Source of the DNA: Candidatus Latescibacterota bacterium
Lineage (GTDB): Bacteria; Latescibacterota; UBA2968; UBA8231
Assembly: GCA_965223905.1 (NCBI GenBank)
Contig: CBDCXV010000011.1
Coordinates: 32,001 to 96,000 of the forward strand
DNA: 64,000 nt
Direction of reading: 5' to 3'
This document shows, piece after piece, positions 19,184 to 30,700 of the stretch. The notes beneath the pieces are model-generated. The model was not told where the DNA came from. It did no database searches and saw nothing but the letters and a program-made list of their open reading frames with translations. Each line of letters starts with the position of its first letter. Position 1 is the first letter of the stretch. Made by a program: the position numbers and the translations under genes.

Positions 19184-21112
19184 TTACCTGGGGGGCTGGA
19201 GATTGGGCATCACGCCGTCCAGGAGCCGCGCGAAACCCGCCTTCGCCACGCTCTCGAGCTGTTTGCCTCGACTCAGCCTGGCGTAGGTTTCGCGATGACG
19301 CCGGGCCTCTGCCTCCTTCCCGACCCGTTCCTTCAGCATGCCGAGAAACAGGTGCGGATAGGGATCTTCCGGCACCTCTTCCCGCACGTATTCGAGGTGG
19401 GCGATGGCCTCCGCATGCCGCTGCCGGCGGGTCAGCAGGAGCGCCAGCAGCTGACGGGCCCCGAGATGGTCGGGGCGCAGCCGGATCGCTTCGCGGAGAT
19501 GGATCTCGGACTCCTGGAGCTGTGCGGCGTCAACGGGCGAGGTGGAATCCACCTCGAACAGGCTGTCCTCCAGGGCCCGCTCCAGCAGCGCCCCTCCCAA
19601 CCTGGCGTGCCAGAGGTGATTTCCGGGATCCTCCGAAAGCAGCGCGCGGTACTGCTCGATCGCCCGGTCCGTTTGCCCGCCGCGATCGTACAGCTGGGCC
19701 AGCTGGTAGCGCAGGAGGGTGGAGTCAGGCCGGGCCGCCACCGCCTCGGCGTAAGCAGCGGCGGCGCGGTCGATCCGCCCCATCGCCCGGTAGGCCTCCC
19801 CCAGGCGCACCAGCAGTCCCGGCGAGGGAGCGCCGCGTGCGCGGACCTGCTTCCAGGAGAAGACGGCCTCGTCCATGCGTCCGGTGGCGGCGTAGCCATC
19901 CCCCTGCAGGAGCAGGATCTCCGGTGCTTCGGGATGAGACCGGAGGAACTCCGCGCAGACGGTGAGAGCCTCCTCCGGCCTGCCTTGGTCAAGGTACAGC
20001 TTCGCCAGCTCCCGCGTGGCCGGCTTGTGAGCCGGCATCTGCTCGACGGCCCGGCGGTAGGCGCCGGCGGCATGGGCCGTCATCCCCTGACGGGCACAGG
20101 CGACGCCCATCCAATAGTGATGATGCGCAGCGCCCGCCAGATGCGCGGGCGTCTTCACCCCGAGGTTGCAGGCGACGACAAGGAAGAGGATGCCGGCCGT
20201 CTTCCACGCTCTTCGATTGCTTCTCCACAGGTCTTCTACGGCCAGAGCGGCGAAGGGCAGCATCAGCAGCGCCAGGGGCAGCCGCTGGCGCGCATCGGGG
20301 GCGAGGAGGCCGAACACAACCGCGGACGCGAAGACGAAAAGCAGCAGCGCCCTGCCGGCCGTCGTGCGGGCCCCGGCAGAGCGCCCGAACAGGACGAGCC
20401 CGGGAATGGCCAGAGGCAGTATCACCCCGAACGGGAAGGCCAGCCACCGGTCCCACAGCAGGGCGCCGATCACCGCGGAATGGCCGCTGATCAGATAGGG
20501 ATCGAGGTCCGGGAGCAACTCCCGGCCCTGGACGAGATGGAAGAGATTGGGCGCCGACCCGGCCAGGCTGCCCAGGGCCGGCAGGTTGCGAAAGGGAAGG
20601 GATTCGACCAGCACCAGGGCCAGAAGCAGGGCGGAGATCGTCCACCTGCAGACCGGCTTCTGCACCGGCGGACGGGCGACACTCAACAGAAACAGAGGCC
20701 CAAGCAATGTCGACCACGTAGTCGGCGTCAGCTCGCCGACGAAGCAGATGGAGGGCCCGTAGAAGGCCGCGGCCAGGCCGGCCGCAAGACCGATGGCGCG
20801 GGAGAACAGGGTCGCGGACAGCAGGTAGATCAGCAGACAGGCGGCGGTGCCCGCCGCGGCCTGGCCGAAAAAAACCAGGGTCGGATCACCTTCCCCGATT
20901 CGGAGGGTGGCGCCGACAACGCGGGTGTAGAGGGGAGCGCGGGGTGAGGGTTGGTCCAGACCTGAATCCCGGTCCGGCGCGACGCCCGCGAAGAGAGAAG
21001 CCACCCCGCCGGGACCACTGAGAAAGGGACTGTCCTGGATTTCGTGGAGATAGGCGAATCGCACGGCGATCGCCGCAAGGCCGATCAGCAGCAGGCGCTG
21101 AAGGTCGGACAC
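19184..21112 (-). CDS. Membrane protein (GT-C/PMT-like N-terminal TM region) with C-terminal TPRs
   Basis: Multiple TM segments, RAPLY and ARQRLPL motifs, then TPR repeats. Confidence 0.65.
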   Translation of the reverse strand: MSDLQRLLLIGLAAIAVRFAYLHEIQDSPFLSGPGGVASLFAGVAPDRDSGLDQPSPRAPLYTRVVGATLRIGEGDPTLVFFGQAAAGTAACLLIYLLSATLFSRAIGLAAGLAAAFYGPSICFVGELTPTTWSTLLGPLFLLSVARPPVQKPVCRWTISALLLALVLVESLPFRNLPALGSLAGSAPNLFHLVQGRELLPDLDPYLISGHSAVIGALLWDRWLAFPFGVILPLAIPGLVLFGRSAGARTTAGRALLLFVFASAVVFGLLAPDARQRLPLALLMLPFAALAVEDLWRSNRRAWKTAGILFLVVACNLGVKTPAHLAGAAHHHYWMGVACARQGMTAHAAGAYRRAVEQMPAHKPATRELAKLYLDQGRPEEALTVCAEFLRSHPEAPEILLLQGDGYAATGRMDEAVFSWKQVRARGAPSPGLLVRLGEAYRAMGRIDRAAAAYAEAVAARPDSTLLRYQLAQLYDRGGQTDRAIEQYRALLSEDPGNHLWHARLGGALLERALEDSLFEVDSTSPVDAAQLQESEIHLREAIRLRPDHLGARQLLALLLTRRQRHAEAIAHLEYVREEVPEDPYPHLFLGMLKERVGKEAEARRHRETYARLSRGKQLESVAKAGFARLLDGVMPNLQPPR

Positions 21113-21116
21113 CTCG

Positions 21117-22088
21117 CTACTTCCGGAGCAGGCTGTCCGGCAGGGCTTCGGTCAGCTCCCTGGAATGCACCACCACCTGCGAGGCGTACTTCTCGCCCAG
21201 CTTCCGCAGCAAGCCCTCCAAGGCTTCCGCCTGCCGTCGTCCGAGCAGCAGGGTCCGCGCCCGGCGGCTCGCCCGTTCGTAGGGATACATGCTTTCCGGA
21301 ACCCGCTCCAGCACCCGAAAGATCGAGTATCCACCCGCCACGGCGACCGGTCCCGTCAGTTCTCCCTCCCTCGCCAGGGCTGTCGCCGCGGTCAGTTGAG
21401 GGTAGATCTGCCCCTCCTGCCGGTGGAAGTGATACCGGGCACCGAGCTTGCGGGCGTCGGGGCGCAGGCTGTGGCCCGCCAGATCGACAAATCGCTCGCC
21501 CGCTGCGATCCGGTCGCGGATTTCCCTCGCCGCGGCTTCGGATCCCAACAGCAGCTCCTCGACCGCGGTATACCCCTCGATGCGGAAGATACCCGGATTG
21601 TCGTCGTAGTAGCCCCGGACTTCCTCCTCTGAAACTTCGATGCCGGCCACCGCCGTGCTTCTTACCGCTTCGGCGACCGCCTGGTCCCGCTGCTGTCTGC
21701 GAAACCGGTGAATGTCCGGTGTGTCGTAGAGTCCGGCGGCCGCGGCTGCGAGCTCGAACAGACGCGGTGACAATACGTAGCTCCGGACCACTTGCTCGGC
21801 CTGGGCGCTGTCGGCAAAGCTCCGGCGCAGGCCGGCCGCAGCCAGAGCTTCATCCGCCTCGGCCACCGTGATGACCCCCTTGTCGTGGTGGTAGAGGGGG
21901 GTGGAGCTGGCAGCCAGGGGGTCGGAACGCCGCCGCCGGTAGGCTTCCATCAGCTCCCTCAAACCCGCCGGGTTCAGACGAACGCGGTAAGAGTGGGCGA
22001 GGGCTTCCCGGTGCTCGCTCAGTGCCTGAATTCTTCGCTTCCGTCTGAGTTGGCGTTCGATGAGAGGGGCGTATTTCGAAAACGCCAC
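21117..22088 (-). pseudogene. Parvulin/PrsA-like PPIase, probably 5'-truncated
   Basis: VSEEEVRGYY, GERFVDLA..HS, GELTGPV...GGYSIFRV; no signal or anchor at the N-terminus. Confidence 0.6.
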
Positions 22089-22201
22089 CGGAACGGTCTC
22101 CGTGAACCTGATTACCTGCCAGGAGCCCCCGGCGACCGCCAGCGGCCGGGAGACCTCGCCGTCGGGTCGCGGCAGCCTACGGTTACAATACCATAGGGGC
22201 G

Positions 22202-24388
22202 ATGCTCGGCTGCCTGGCCGCGGGGTTCGTGCTGATTCGGGAGCTAGGTGTCCAGAACAGCCTTTATCTGGCCGCCGCCGTCAACGCCCTGGTAGTCGCC
22301 ATCGCCTTCGTCGCTTCCCGGTACAGGGGCAACAGTGCCGCGGCCGGCACCGAAGCCGGCAAACCGCGGATCGCAGCCGAGGCGTATGCTCGGCCGCGGG
22401 CTCTCGTCGCCATCTACTTCTGCACCGGAGCCCTCGCCCTGGGGTACGAGATCCTCTGGTTTCGCATTCTCGCCATCTACGCGACCAACAGCATCGTCAC
22501 CTTTACGCTCATCCTCTCCACCTACCTGCTCGGCTTTTCCGCCGGCAGCATTCTGCTGTATCCGCTGTTGGCCCGCAGGTTGCACGGACTCACCCTGCTC
22601 GCGGTCTCCAACCTCGGCGCGGCGTTCTCGGTATTCCTTACGTTGCCCCTGGTCTATTCCTTCCCCGCCATGCAGGAGGTGCTGCACGGACCGGCGAGCC
22701 GGGAGGCCCTGACTCCGCTCAGGCTTGCGGGCGTCGAGACCTGCTTCGCCCTCGTCATGATTCTGCTGCCGACGCTGTTCATGGGTCTGGCCTATCCCGC
22801 ACTCTGCCAGGTCCTGGTTCCGAGCAAGGAGTCCACCGCCGAGCGAACCGGCCTGTACTACTTTGTGGGAACCATCGGAGCCGTGGTGGGAGTGATCCTG
22901 GTCGGCTTCGTCGTCATTCCGGGATTCGGCCTGGTGGGCAGCGTCGGGACGCTCTGTTTCGCCAGTTGCGCGCTGGCTTTCCTGACCCTGCAGGTCGGCA
23001 GGGAGACCCCCGTTCGCGGAAGGTTTGTCCTGGTCACCTGTTGTTCGCTTCTGGCCGGAGCCGCCGTGCTCTATGGCTACAACGGCCATCCGTTCCTGAA
23101 GACCGCCAACGTCGATTTACAGGAGGGCAGATGGGTCGTCCGAAAGCCGCGTGGCGACGGCAGGATAAAGACGCTCCTGCGCTACGCGGCCGGCCATTCG
23201 GGGACTGTCATCGTCAAGGGGATAAGCGAACCCGGCAGCAATATCACCACCGAAGCCCATATCTATGTCGATGACCAGGCCGTGGCCGCCTCCACGCTGA
23301 ACAACCGGATCGACTCGAAGATGCTCGCTCACCTGCCGCTGCTCCTGCACCCGGACCCGGAGCGGGCCCTGACCGTCGGCTTCGGCAGCGGCGGCACCTC
23401 CTGGTCGATGACCCTGCACGGGGTCGAGACCGACTGCGTGGAGATCGAAGCCGAGGTGCCCCGCTCCGCCTTTTTGTTCCGGGATCAGAATCGCGACGTG
23501 CTGAACCATCCCGGTTTCCGCCTGATCCTCAACGACGCCCGCGACCATCTGCACATCACGGACAGGAAGTACGACGTGATTTCGACGGATGCCACCAACC
23601 TGCAGTACAAACAGAACGGCAATCTCTATTCGAGGGAATATTTCCGCCTCATCAGGTCTCGCCTTTCCGCAGGGGGGATCGCCTGCACCTGGACGCCGAT
23701 GGTCAAGATCAGCGAGCCGGAATTCAAGATCCTGCTGAAGACCTGGGCCGACGTCTTCGAGCATCCCAGTCTCTGGTTCATGAATCACTCCCTCTCCAGC
23801 TGGTCGATATTCGTCGCCACACCCGGGCCGTTGACGATCGACATGAACCGGGTGCGGGAAGGTTTTGCCGATTCCGGCATTCGGGCGGACTTGAGCGACA
23901 TCCTCGTCGAGCACCCATTCCAGTTCGCCAATTTCCTGCTTTTGGATGAAGACGGGATTCGAAGCTACGTCGGGGACGTTCCGGTCCACACCGACGACCG
24001 GCCGCTTCTCGAGTTCTTCTCCGCGTTCGAATTCTACCAGCGCAATCACCTGAGGGAGAACAACCTGCTGGATGCACTCCCCTTCCGGCCCGGGAACGTT
24101 CGCCGCTTAGCCCGCAATCTCGACGGGCAGGATGCCGAGCTGTTCGACAAGTACACCCGGGCGGGCCAGCTGTGGACCGAGGTCCTGGCGCGCTTCATGT
24201 CCTATGGATACATGCGCTACGACACGACCGAGCCAGCCGCAGACAAGCTGAAAAAAGTGGAAGGCGCACTGCAGACGGGGATGCAGGCCCTCGATCTGCT
24301 GCCGGCCAACAGGGCCCTGCGCGACATCATGCAGCGGCTGAGCAAGGTGCGGCAGGAGCTGCTGGCGAAAGCCCGGCATGGCCGGTAG
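22202..24388 (+). CDS. Fused membrane domain / spermidine synthase-like protein (N-terminus apparently truncated)
   Basis: ALTVGFGSGGT SAM-binding motif, CVEIEAEV, NDARDHL, YDVISTD, NLYSREYF, HTDDRPLLEF; in-frame upstream AYGYNTIGA shows it starts mid-domain. Confidence 0.8.
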   Translation: MLGCLAAGFVLIRELGVQNSLYLAAAVNALVVAIAFVASRYRGNSAAAGTEAGKPRIAAEAYARPRALVAIYFCTGALALGYEILWFRILAIYATNSIVTFTLILSTYLLGFSAGSILLYPLLARRLHGLTLLAVSNLGAAFSVFLTLPLVYSFPAMQEVLHGPASREALTPLRLAGVETCFALVMILLPTLFMGLAYPALCQVLVPSKESTAERTGLYYFVGTIGAVVGVILVGFVVIPGFGLVGSVGTLCFASCALAFLTLQVGRETPVRGRFVLVTCCSLLAGAAVLYGYNGHPFLKTANVDLQEGRWVVRKPRGDGRIKTLLRYAAGHSGTVIVKGISEPGSNITTEAHIYVDDQAVAASTLNNRIDSKMLAHLPLLLHPDPERALTVGFGSGGTSWSMTLHGVETDCVEIEAEVPRSAFLFRDQNRDVLNHPGFRLILNDARDHLHITDRKYDVISTDATNLQYKQNGNLYSREYFRLIRSRLSAGGIACTWTPMVKISEPEFKILLKTWADVFEHPSLWFMNHSLSSWSIFVATPGPLTIDMNRVREGFADSGIRADLSDILVEHPFQFANFLLLDEDGIRSYVGDVPVHTDDRPLLEFFSAFEFYQRNHLRENNLLDALPFRPGNVRRLARNLDGQDAELFDKYTRAGQLWTEVLARFMSYGYMRYDTTEPAADKLKKVEGALQTGMQALDLLPANRALRDIMQRLSKVRQELLAKARHGR

Positions 24389-24773
24389 CTCGCAGCGGAG
24401 TCGACCACGTAACCGATCGCCCATGGCCTGGATCGTGATCGCCCTGAGTGGAGCGTCGCCAGCCGTTCGAGCACGTGATCGGGGTGGATGGACATGCGCT
24501 GGAAGGGAAGGTTGTCGCGCCCGATTCGCCGGATCGAACGGCCGGTCACCCGGGTAGGCTTTTGTGGGTCATCCCCTCCGAGAAGATGACCACTTCCCCG
24601 AGTCCGGGTACTCCTGCTTCCGGCACCTCCCGCGGTTCCTCGCACCGCCCCTTCTTCTCGCCCTTCCGGGTCCGGGAGCCCGACCCGGAGCGGACCGGGG
24701 AAACGTCCGCGCAGGGGCCCCTGCACCACCTCCTTCGGGTGGTCCCGCAGGTGATGGCGGCGGCGTGGCGGTG

Positions 24774-27700
24774 TCAGGGGGCGCTGAAGACCCAGGGGCG
24801 GGCCTGCTTGATCGCCAGTATATCGGCGCTGGTGATCTTGAACTCGATCTCCATGGCGAACGGTTCACCGGCTGCGGGGTCGTACAGCTCCGCGAACTCC
24901 TCGTGGATCACCTCGAGATGCTCTCTCAACTGGCGCAGTTGGTCATCGCTCATCAGGAGTTGCCCCGGCGGCACCTGGTTGGAGGTCGCAAGGACGGTGT
25001 ATGCACTGTTTCTGCTCAGCAGAAGTTCCTCCGGCACCGAGTGCGCCTCGGGGTTGGTGACCAGGTCCTCGCCGACCTGCGTGTTGACGTAGTAGCGTCC
25101 GTCTCTGCCGTAGATGGGGTCGAAGCTGACGGCGACACCGTTGGCCAGTTCGTCACGATAACTGGGATGCACCAGCACCCCCATCGCCGCCGCCAGGTGA
25201 TCGATGCGATGAAAATCGCGTTCGACGAAGGCGCGGAAGTTCCACAGACCGGCGTACACCTCCTTGAGGGACTTGGCGAGATCCTTCTCGTCCTCGCTCG
25301 GCTTCTGGCTCTTGGAGTCGTACAGCCCCGCGCCGTTGAAGCCCGGCAGGTCCTCGTTGTTGGTGCTGGACCGGTAGCGGCGGTTGATCCCCTCGGAGAA
25401 AGACTCATTCATTGTCTCGATTGCCGAGATGATCCAATCCGGCGTCTCCGCGTCCTCGATGGCCTTGCGCAGCTTCTTGAGGGAGTCCGCCCGGGCTTCG
25501 AAGTCCGTCTGGAAGGCTTCGTCGGCCAGCATGGTTTCAACGCGGGTGTAGAAGTCGTTGTGCTTCATGAACTCGTCGTAGAAGTAGAACGGGATCGCGA
25601 AGCCGTCGGGCACCGTCCCCTCCGGAAACCCCAGCGTCCCCAGCACCGCCACGTTGGCCGCCTTGACGCCGAACGCGTCCCAGTCATCGAAGCCGATCTC
25701 ACTGAGCGGCGTGATTTGGGTGATCTCGAGGTCCCGTTGCGGGATCTGTTCATGGGCGGGCCGGGAAGACTCGTAGTGCGCCTCGACTTCTGCGGGCGTG
25801 GCCGCCCCAAGCTCCCAGCCGCTATCCGTCACCTCGTAGCGGACGTAGCCGCCGATGAGAGTGTTGATAGAGCTGTTGTCGAGCGCGTCGGCGATGAAGG
25901 CATTGGGGATGCCGTCCTGCACGGCGCGCAGGTTGACGTGCGACAGGGGCGTCTGGGGCACGGTGCTGACGATGCCGGCCACGCGGGAAAGTTCGTTGGG
26001 CAGGGCCTCGTAGAGCACCACGTCGCGCGGGTGGGGACGTTCGTCCGGGTCCATGACCCGCAGCAGGCCGTACCCTTCCCCCGGGTTCAACGCCAGGAAG
26101 CCGGATTCGGGAGAGATGTCTTCGTCGAACAAGAGGTTGATTCGGGAATCCCTGTAGAGCGGCAAGTCGGACTGGAAAGACAGAAGCTGATTGTTTCTTA
26201 TGTGAAAGGCCAAGTTGTCCTCGAGCAGCCGCATGCTGGCGGCGAGCATCGTATAGGAGCGCGCCACAAGGCTGAAGGAGAAGGGGAAAACAGATCTTAC
26301 CGTAAGCGATAAACGGTAGACTCCCGGACTGCCATCGGGGGCAACGAGGTCCGTGTAATAGGTGATTTCACCGGTGATCATCCTGTCCTGGCCCGGGTCG
26401 AGACCTACGGCATCCAAGAAGTATTGATGCTGCTGGTAGGTCTCGGTGTTCATGAAGTAGACACGCGGGCGGGCGGTGTCCATGCCGAGCAGAACGAACT
26501 TGAGGAACAAACCGCTGAAGGAGAGTGTCTCGAATGTTTCCCGATCGGGAACGGTCACGGCCCCGTCAGTGAGTGCGATGGCCGCCGCCGGGTTCAGCGG
26601 GTTCATGCCCACCGTGTCGAGTTCGGTGAGGTCGTCAATGCAGTCGCCGTCGACGTCGGCCGGGTCGGCGACGAGGTACTTCTCCACCCGGTAGCGCTCC
26701 CTGGGCAGCGCCGCCACGTTCTCGGCGAGCGTGGTCGTGCCCGCTTCGCCGCGCTTGACCAGGACCGGCACCTCTACCGTCGCGCCATCCACATCGTGCC
26801 GCACATAGAGCACGAAGTAGTCATCCGTCGTGGACTCGACCACGATGGGAACCGCCGTCACCTGCACAGCCACCGGCGTCGGGGCGTCGCCGCCTTCTGA
26901 ACAGCTCCCCCCGAAGCCCGAGACGGACCATTCGCTCTCCCCTTCGTCGTTGTGCGCCCGCACCTGCACCTCGTAACGGGTGTTGACCTCCAGGTCCGGG
27001 ATCGTGGTAGTGGTACCGGGGCCGTCGTGCGGCCAGGGGAGGAAGCTGCCGCTCTTGCGATACTGCACGTCGTAGTCGTGGACATCGGGGCCGGTGTTGG
27101 CCGGCTCGGTCCAGGTCACGGTCAGGCTGGTGGAGGAGGCCGGCTCAACCCACGGGGCAGACGGCCTCCCGGGCGGTTCGTCGACGTCGGCTACGTGGAT
27201 GGTCACGTCAATGGCGGCAATGCCGCCATGTCCGTCCTCGGCTTTCACCGACACAGAATAGCGGGGCTTTGTCTCGTAGTCGTAGGTGGCGCCCGAGCGG
27301 GTGCGCAACTGGCCGCTGGTGGAGGCGAGGGTGAAACTCCCCGCATCCGTCCCCTCCAGGTTGTAGGTCAGCCTGTCGTCATCGCTATCCGTCGCGGTCA
27401 CCGGGTTGCCGATGTCCTCACGCGCCCCGGTGTTCTCGGCCACGGTGCGGGTTGCGGCCGGTGCCTCGTCGAAGGTGGGGGCGTTGTTCTGACCCGGCGG
27501 AGGCGGAGGCGGCGGGTCCGGCGGTGGAGGCGTTGGAGGCGTTGGAGGCGGCGGTGGAGGTGGAGGCGTCGGGGGCGGGGGGGTTACCGGACCACCACCG
27601 TCATTACCATTACCATCACCATCGTCACTGCCCGAGCCGGGTGGGGTCCGGGGCGGCCTGGGGGGCGGCTTGGGCTCGACGGTGACCCTGAAGCTCAGTG

Positions 27701-30700
27701 ACGCCTCCAGTTCCTTCGGGTCGCGGGCGGTCACTGAGATCCCGGTCTGCCCGATGCTCTTGGGGGTGATGCGCAGGCCGGTTCCTTCGACCGCTGCGGT
27801 GGCCACCGCCTCGTTGCTCGACGCGGCCGTGTAGGTCAGCACGTCTGTTTCGTCCGGGTCGGTGAAGGCGTCCGACAGCTCGACCCGGTCCGGGCTGCCG
27901 ATGCGGATCTTGCGGTCGGCCAGGGTCCCCGCCACCGGCGGGCGGTTGGCTGGGTACACGGTCACCGGGACCGGCAGAGTGGCAGCCCGGCCCCCCTCGT
28001 CGCGGGCGGTCACCGCGACCGTCACCCGGCCGGGGGTCACCGGGGATATGGTCAGCACCGAGTCGGCCAGAGTCGCGGCGGCGACCGCTTCGTCGCTGGA
28101 GGCGGCGGTGAGGGTCAGGGCGCCCCCCTCCGGGTCGCGGAAGCGGCCGGCCAGGTTCAGGGTGGCCGAGGCCCCCTCTACTTTGAGGATCTGCGCCGGC
28201 AGGCCGGCGCCCAGGGTCAGGCCGTACGGCTCCTTCAGGCCGGAAGTGACCAGATCCTCGACCTGGCTGCCGTCGAGGTTGGCGCGCTGGATCTTGTCGG
28301 TGCCGTAGTCGGTCCAGTACATCCTGCCCTCGTCCAGATCGAGGGCGATCGCCTGGGAGGTCCGCAGGCCCTCGGTAACCAGGTCTTCCACCTCGGAGCC
28401 GTCGAGATTCGCGCGCTGGATCTTGTCCGTGCCCCAGTCGGGCCAGTACATGCGGCCGTCTTCCAGGTCGAGGGCGAGGCCCCGGGGCTGGTTGAGGCCG
28501 GTGACCAGGTCCTCGACTTCGGAGCCGTCGAGATTGGCCCGCTGAATCCGGTCGCTGCCCCAGTCGGTCCAGTAGATCTTGCCCTCCCCCAGGTCGAGGG
28601 CGAGGCCGTAGGGCTCGTTCAGACCGGTGGCGACGAGGTCTTCGATTTCGGAGCCGTCGAGATTGGATCGCTGGATACGGTCGGTCCCCCAGTCGCTCCA
28701 GTAGATCTTGCCGCCTCCCAGATCGAGGGCGAGACCGAACGGCTCCTTCAACCCTTCGGTCACCAGGTCTTCGACCTTTGAGCCGTCGAGGTGGGCGCGC
28801 TGGATCTTGTCGGCGCCGCTGTCGGTCCAGTACATGCGGCCGCCGTCCCGGTCGAGGGCGATGTCCCGGGGCTGCATGAGTCCGCCGACCAGGGTGCGAA
28901 TGTCGCTGCCGTCGAGCTCGGCCCGCTGGATGCGGTCGGTGCGCGCGTCGGTCCAGTAGAGCCAGGGCACGGCGAGCGGGGGCTCGTTGGAGGCCTGCAC
29001 GGTGACCGAAAACCTCTGGGTTGCCTGCAGGCCGCCCGGGTCGCGGGCGGTCACGGTGACGGCGGTCTCGCCGACGGCCAGCAGACGCAGGGTCACCAGG
29101 GAATCGGCTGTCTCCACCGTCGCCACCGTTTCGTCGCCGGACGAGGCCGTGTAGGTCAGGGCGTCTCCGTCCGGGTCGCTGCCGGCCAGCTCGAGAATCA
29201 CCGAGTCGCCGGTGGCCGCGGTGCGGTCCGCCAGCGGCTCCAGGGCAGGGGCCTGGTTGTCCGTGGACAAAGTCCGGGCAAGGGCCAGGCCCCGGGGACT
29301 CCGCAAGCCCTCGGTCACCAGGTCTTCCACCTCGGAGCCGTCGAGGTTGGACCGCTGGATGCGGTCGGTGCTGCTGTCGGCCCAGTAGAGCTTGCCCGCA
29401 GAAACGTCGAGGGCCAAGCCCCGGGGGGTGCCCAAACCGGTGGTCACGAGATCCTCGATTTCCGTGCCGTCGAGGTTGGCCCGTTGAATGCGGTCGGTTC
29501 CGTTGTCGCTCCAGTAGAGCTTGCCGCCGGCCGCGTCCAGGGTGAGTCCCCGGGGGATCTGCAGGCCGGTGGTGACGAGGTCTTCGAGTTCAGTGCCATC
29601 AAGGTTTGCGCGCTGGATTCGGTCGGCGCCGCTGTCGGTCCAGTAAAGCTTGCCCGCGGCCGCGTCGAGGGCCAGGCCCAACGGCGTCTGCAGGCCGGTC
29701 ACCAGGTCTTCCACTTGAGAGCCGTCGAGGTTGGACCGCTGAATCTTGTCGGTGCCGTTGTCCGTCCAGTAGAGCTTGCCGCCGGCCGCGTCGAGGGCCA
29801 GGGCCAGGGGGATCCGCAGGCCTTCGGTGACGAGGTCCTCGATTTCGGAGCCGTCGAGGTTGGACCGCTGGATGCGGTCGGTTCCGTAGTCGGTCCAGTA
29901 GAGCTTGCCGGCCGCCTGATCCACCGCCAGGCCGCGCGGGTTGACCAGGCCGCTGTCGACGACGTCCTCGACCCCGGAGCCGTCCAAGTGGGCGCGCCGG
30001 ATCCGGTCCGCCTCCGCGTCGGTCCAGTAGAGCCGGTTGACCGCCCCGAGGCTCCCGGCCCCGACGACGAGCACGGCGAAGCGCTGCACCGCCTCCAGGC
30101 CGTCCGGGTCGCGGACGGTCACCGCAATCGTCGCCCGGCCCATCGCCAGCGCGTAGACCGTCAGCAGGGAATCGGTCACCTCGACCCTGGCTACCGCCTC
30201 GTCGCTCGATGAAGCCGCGTAGGTCAGGGCGTCTCCGTCCGAGTCGCGGCCCGTCGCCACGACAGTCAGGGTGTCGCCGGCGGCCGCGGTCCGGTCCGCT
30301 ATAGGCGCCAGGACCGGGGCCCGGTTGCCGCCGGCAACGGTCCGCACCAGGACCAGGCCCCGGGGACTTTCCAGCCCCTCGGTCACCAGGTCTTCGATTT
30401 CAGAGCCGTCGAGGTTGGACCGCTGGATCTTGTCGGCGCCGCTGTCGGTCCAGTAGAGCTTGCCTGCGGCCGTATCCAGGGCCAGGCCCCGGGGACTTTC
30501 CAGCCCCTCGGTCACCAGGTCTTCGATTTCAGAGCCGTCGAGGTTGGCCCGCTGGATCTTGTCGCTGCCGTTGTCGCTCCAGTAGAGCTTGCCCCCGGCC
30601 GCGTCCAGGGCCAGCCCCCGGGGAAGCTCCAGGCCGGCGGTGATGAGGTCCTCGACTTCCGTGCCGTCCAGATTGGCCCGCTGGATCTTGTCCGCGCCGC

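Noticed and set aside
17585-20947. 1120-aa plus-strand ORF and many similar long ORFs (e.g. 2659-4389, 5357-6892, 24564-26312, 51080-53044)
   Set aside because: Antisense or off-frame shadows of real high-GC genes; no recognisable motifs.
24430-24610. Possible phytanoyl-CoA dioxygenase fragment on the minus strand (GEVVIFSEGMTH)
   Set aside because: Too short to support a call without a search.
27490-27670. GGC/GGT/GGA-rich low-complexity repeat
   Set aside because: Encodes the Pro-rich linker of the giant protein; not an independent element.
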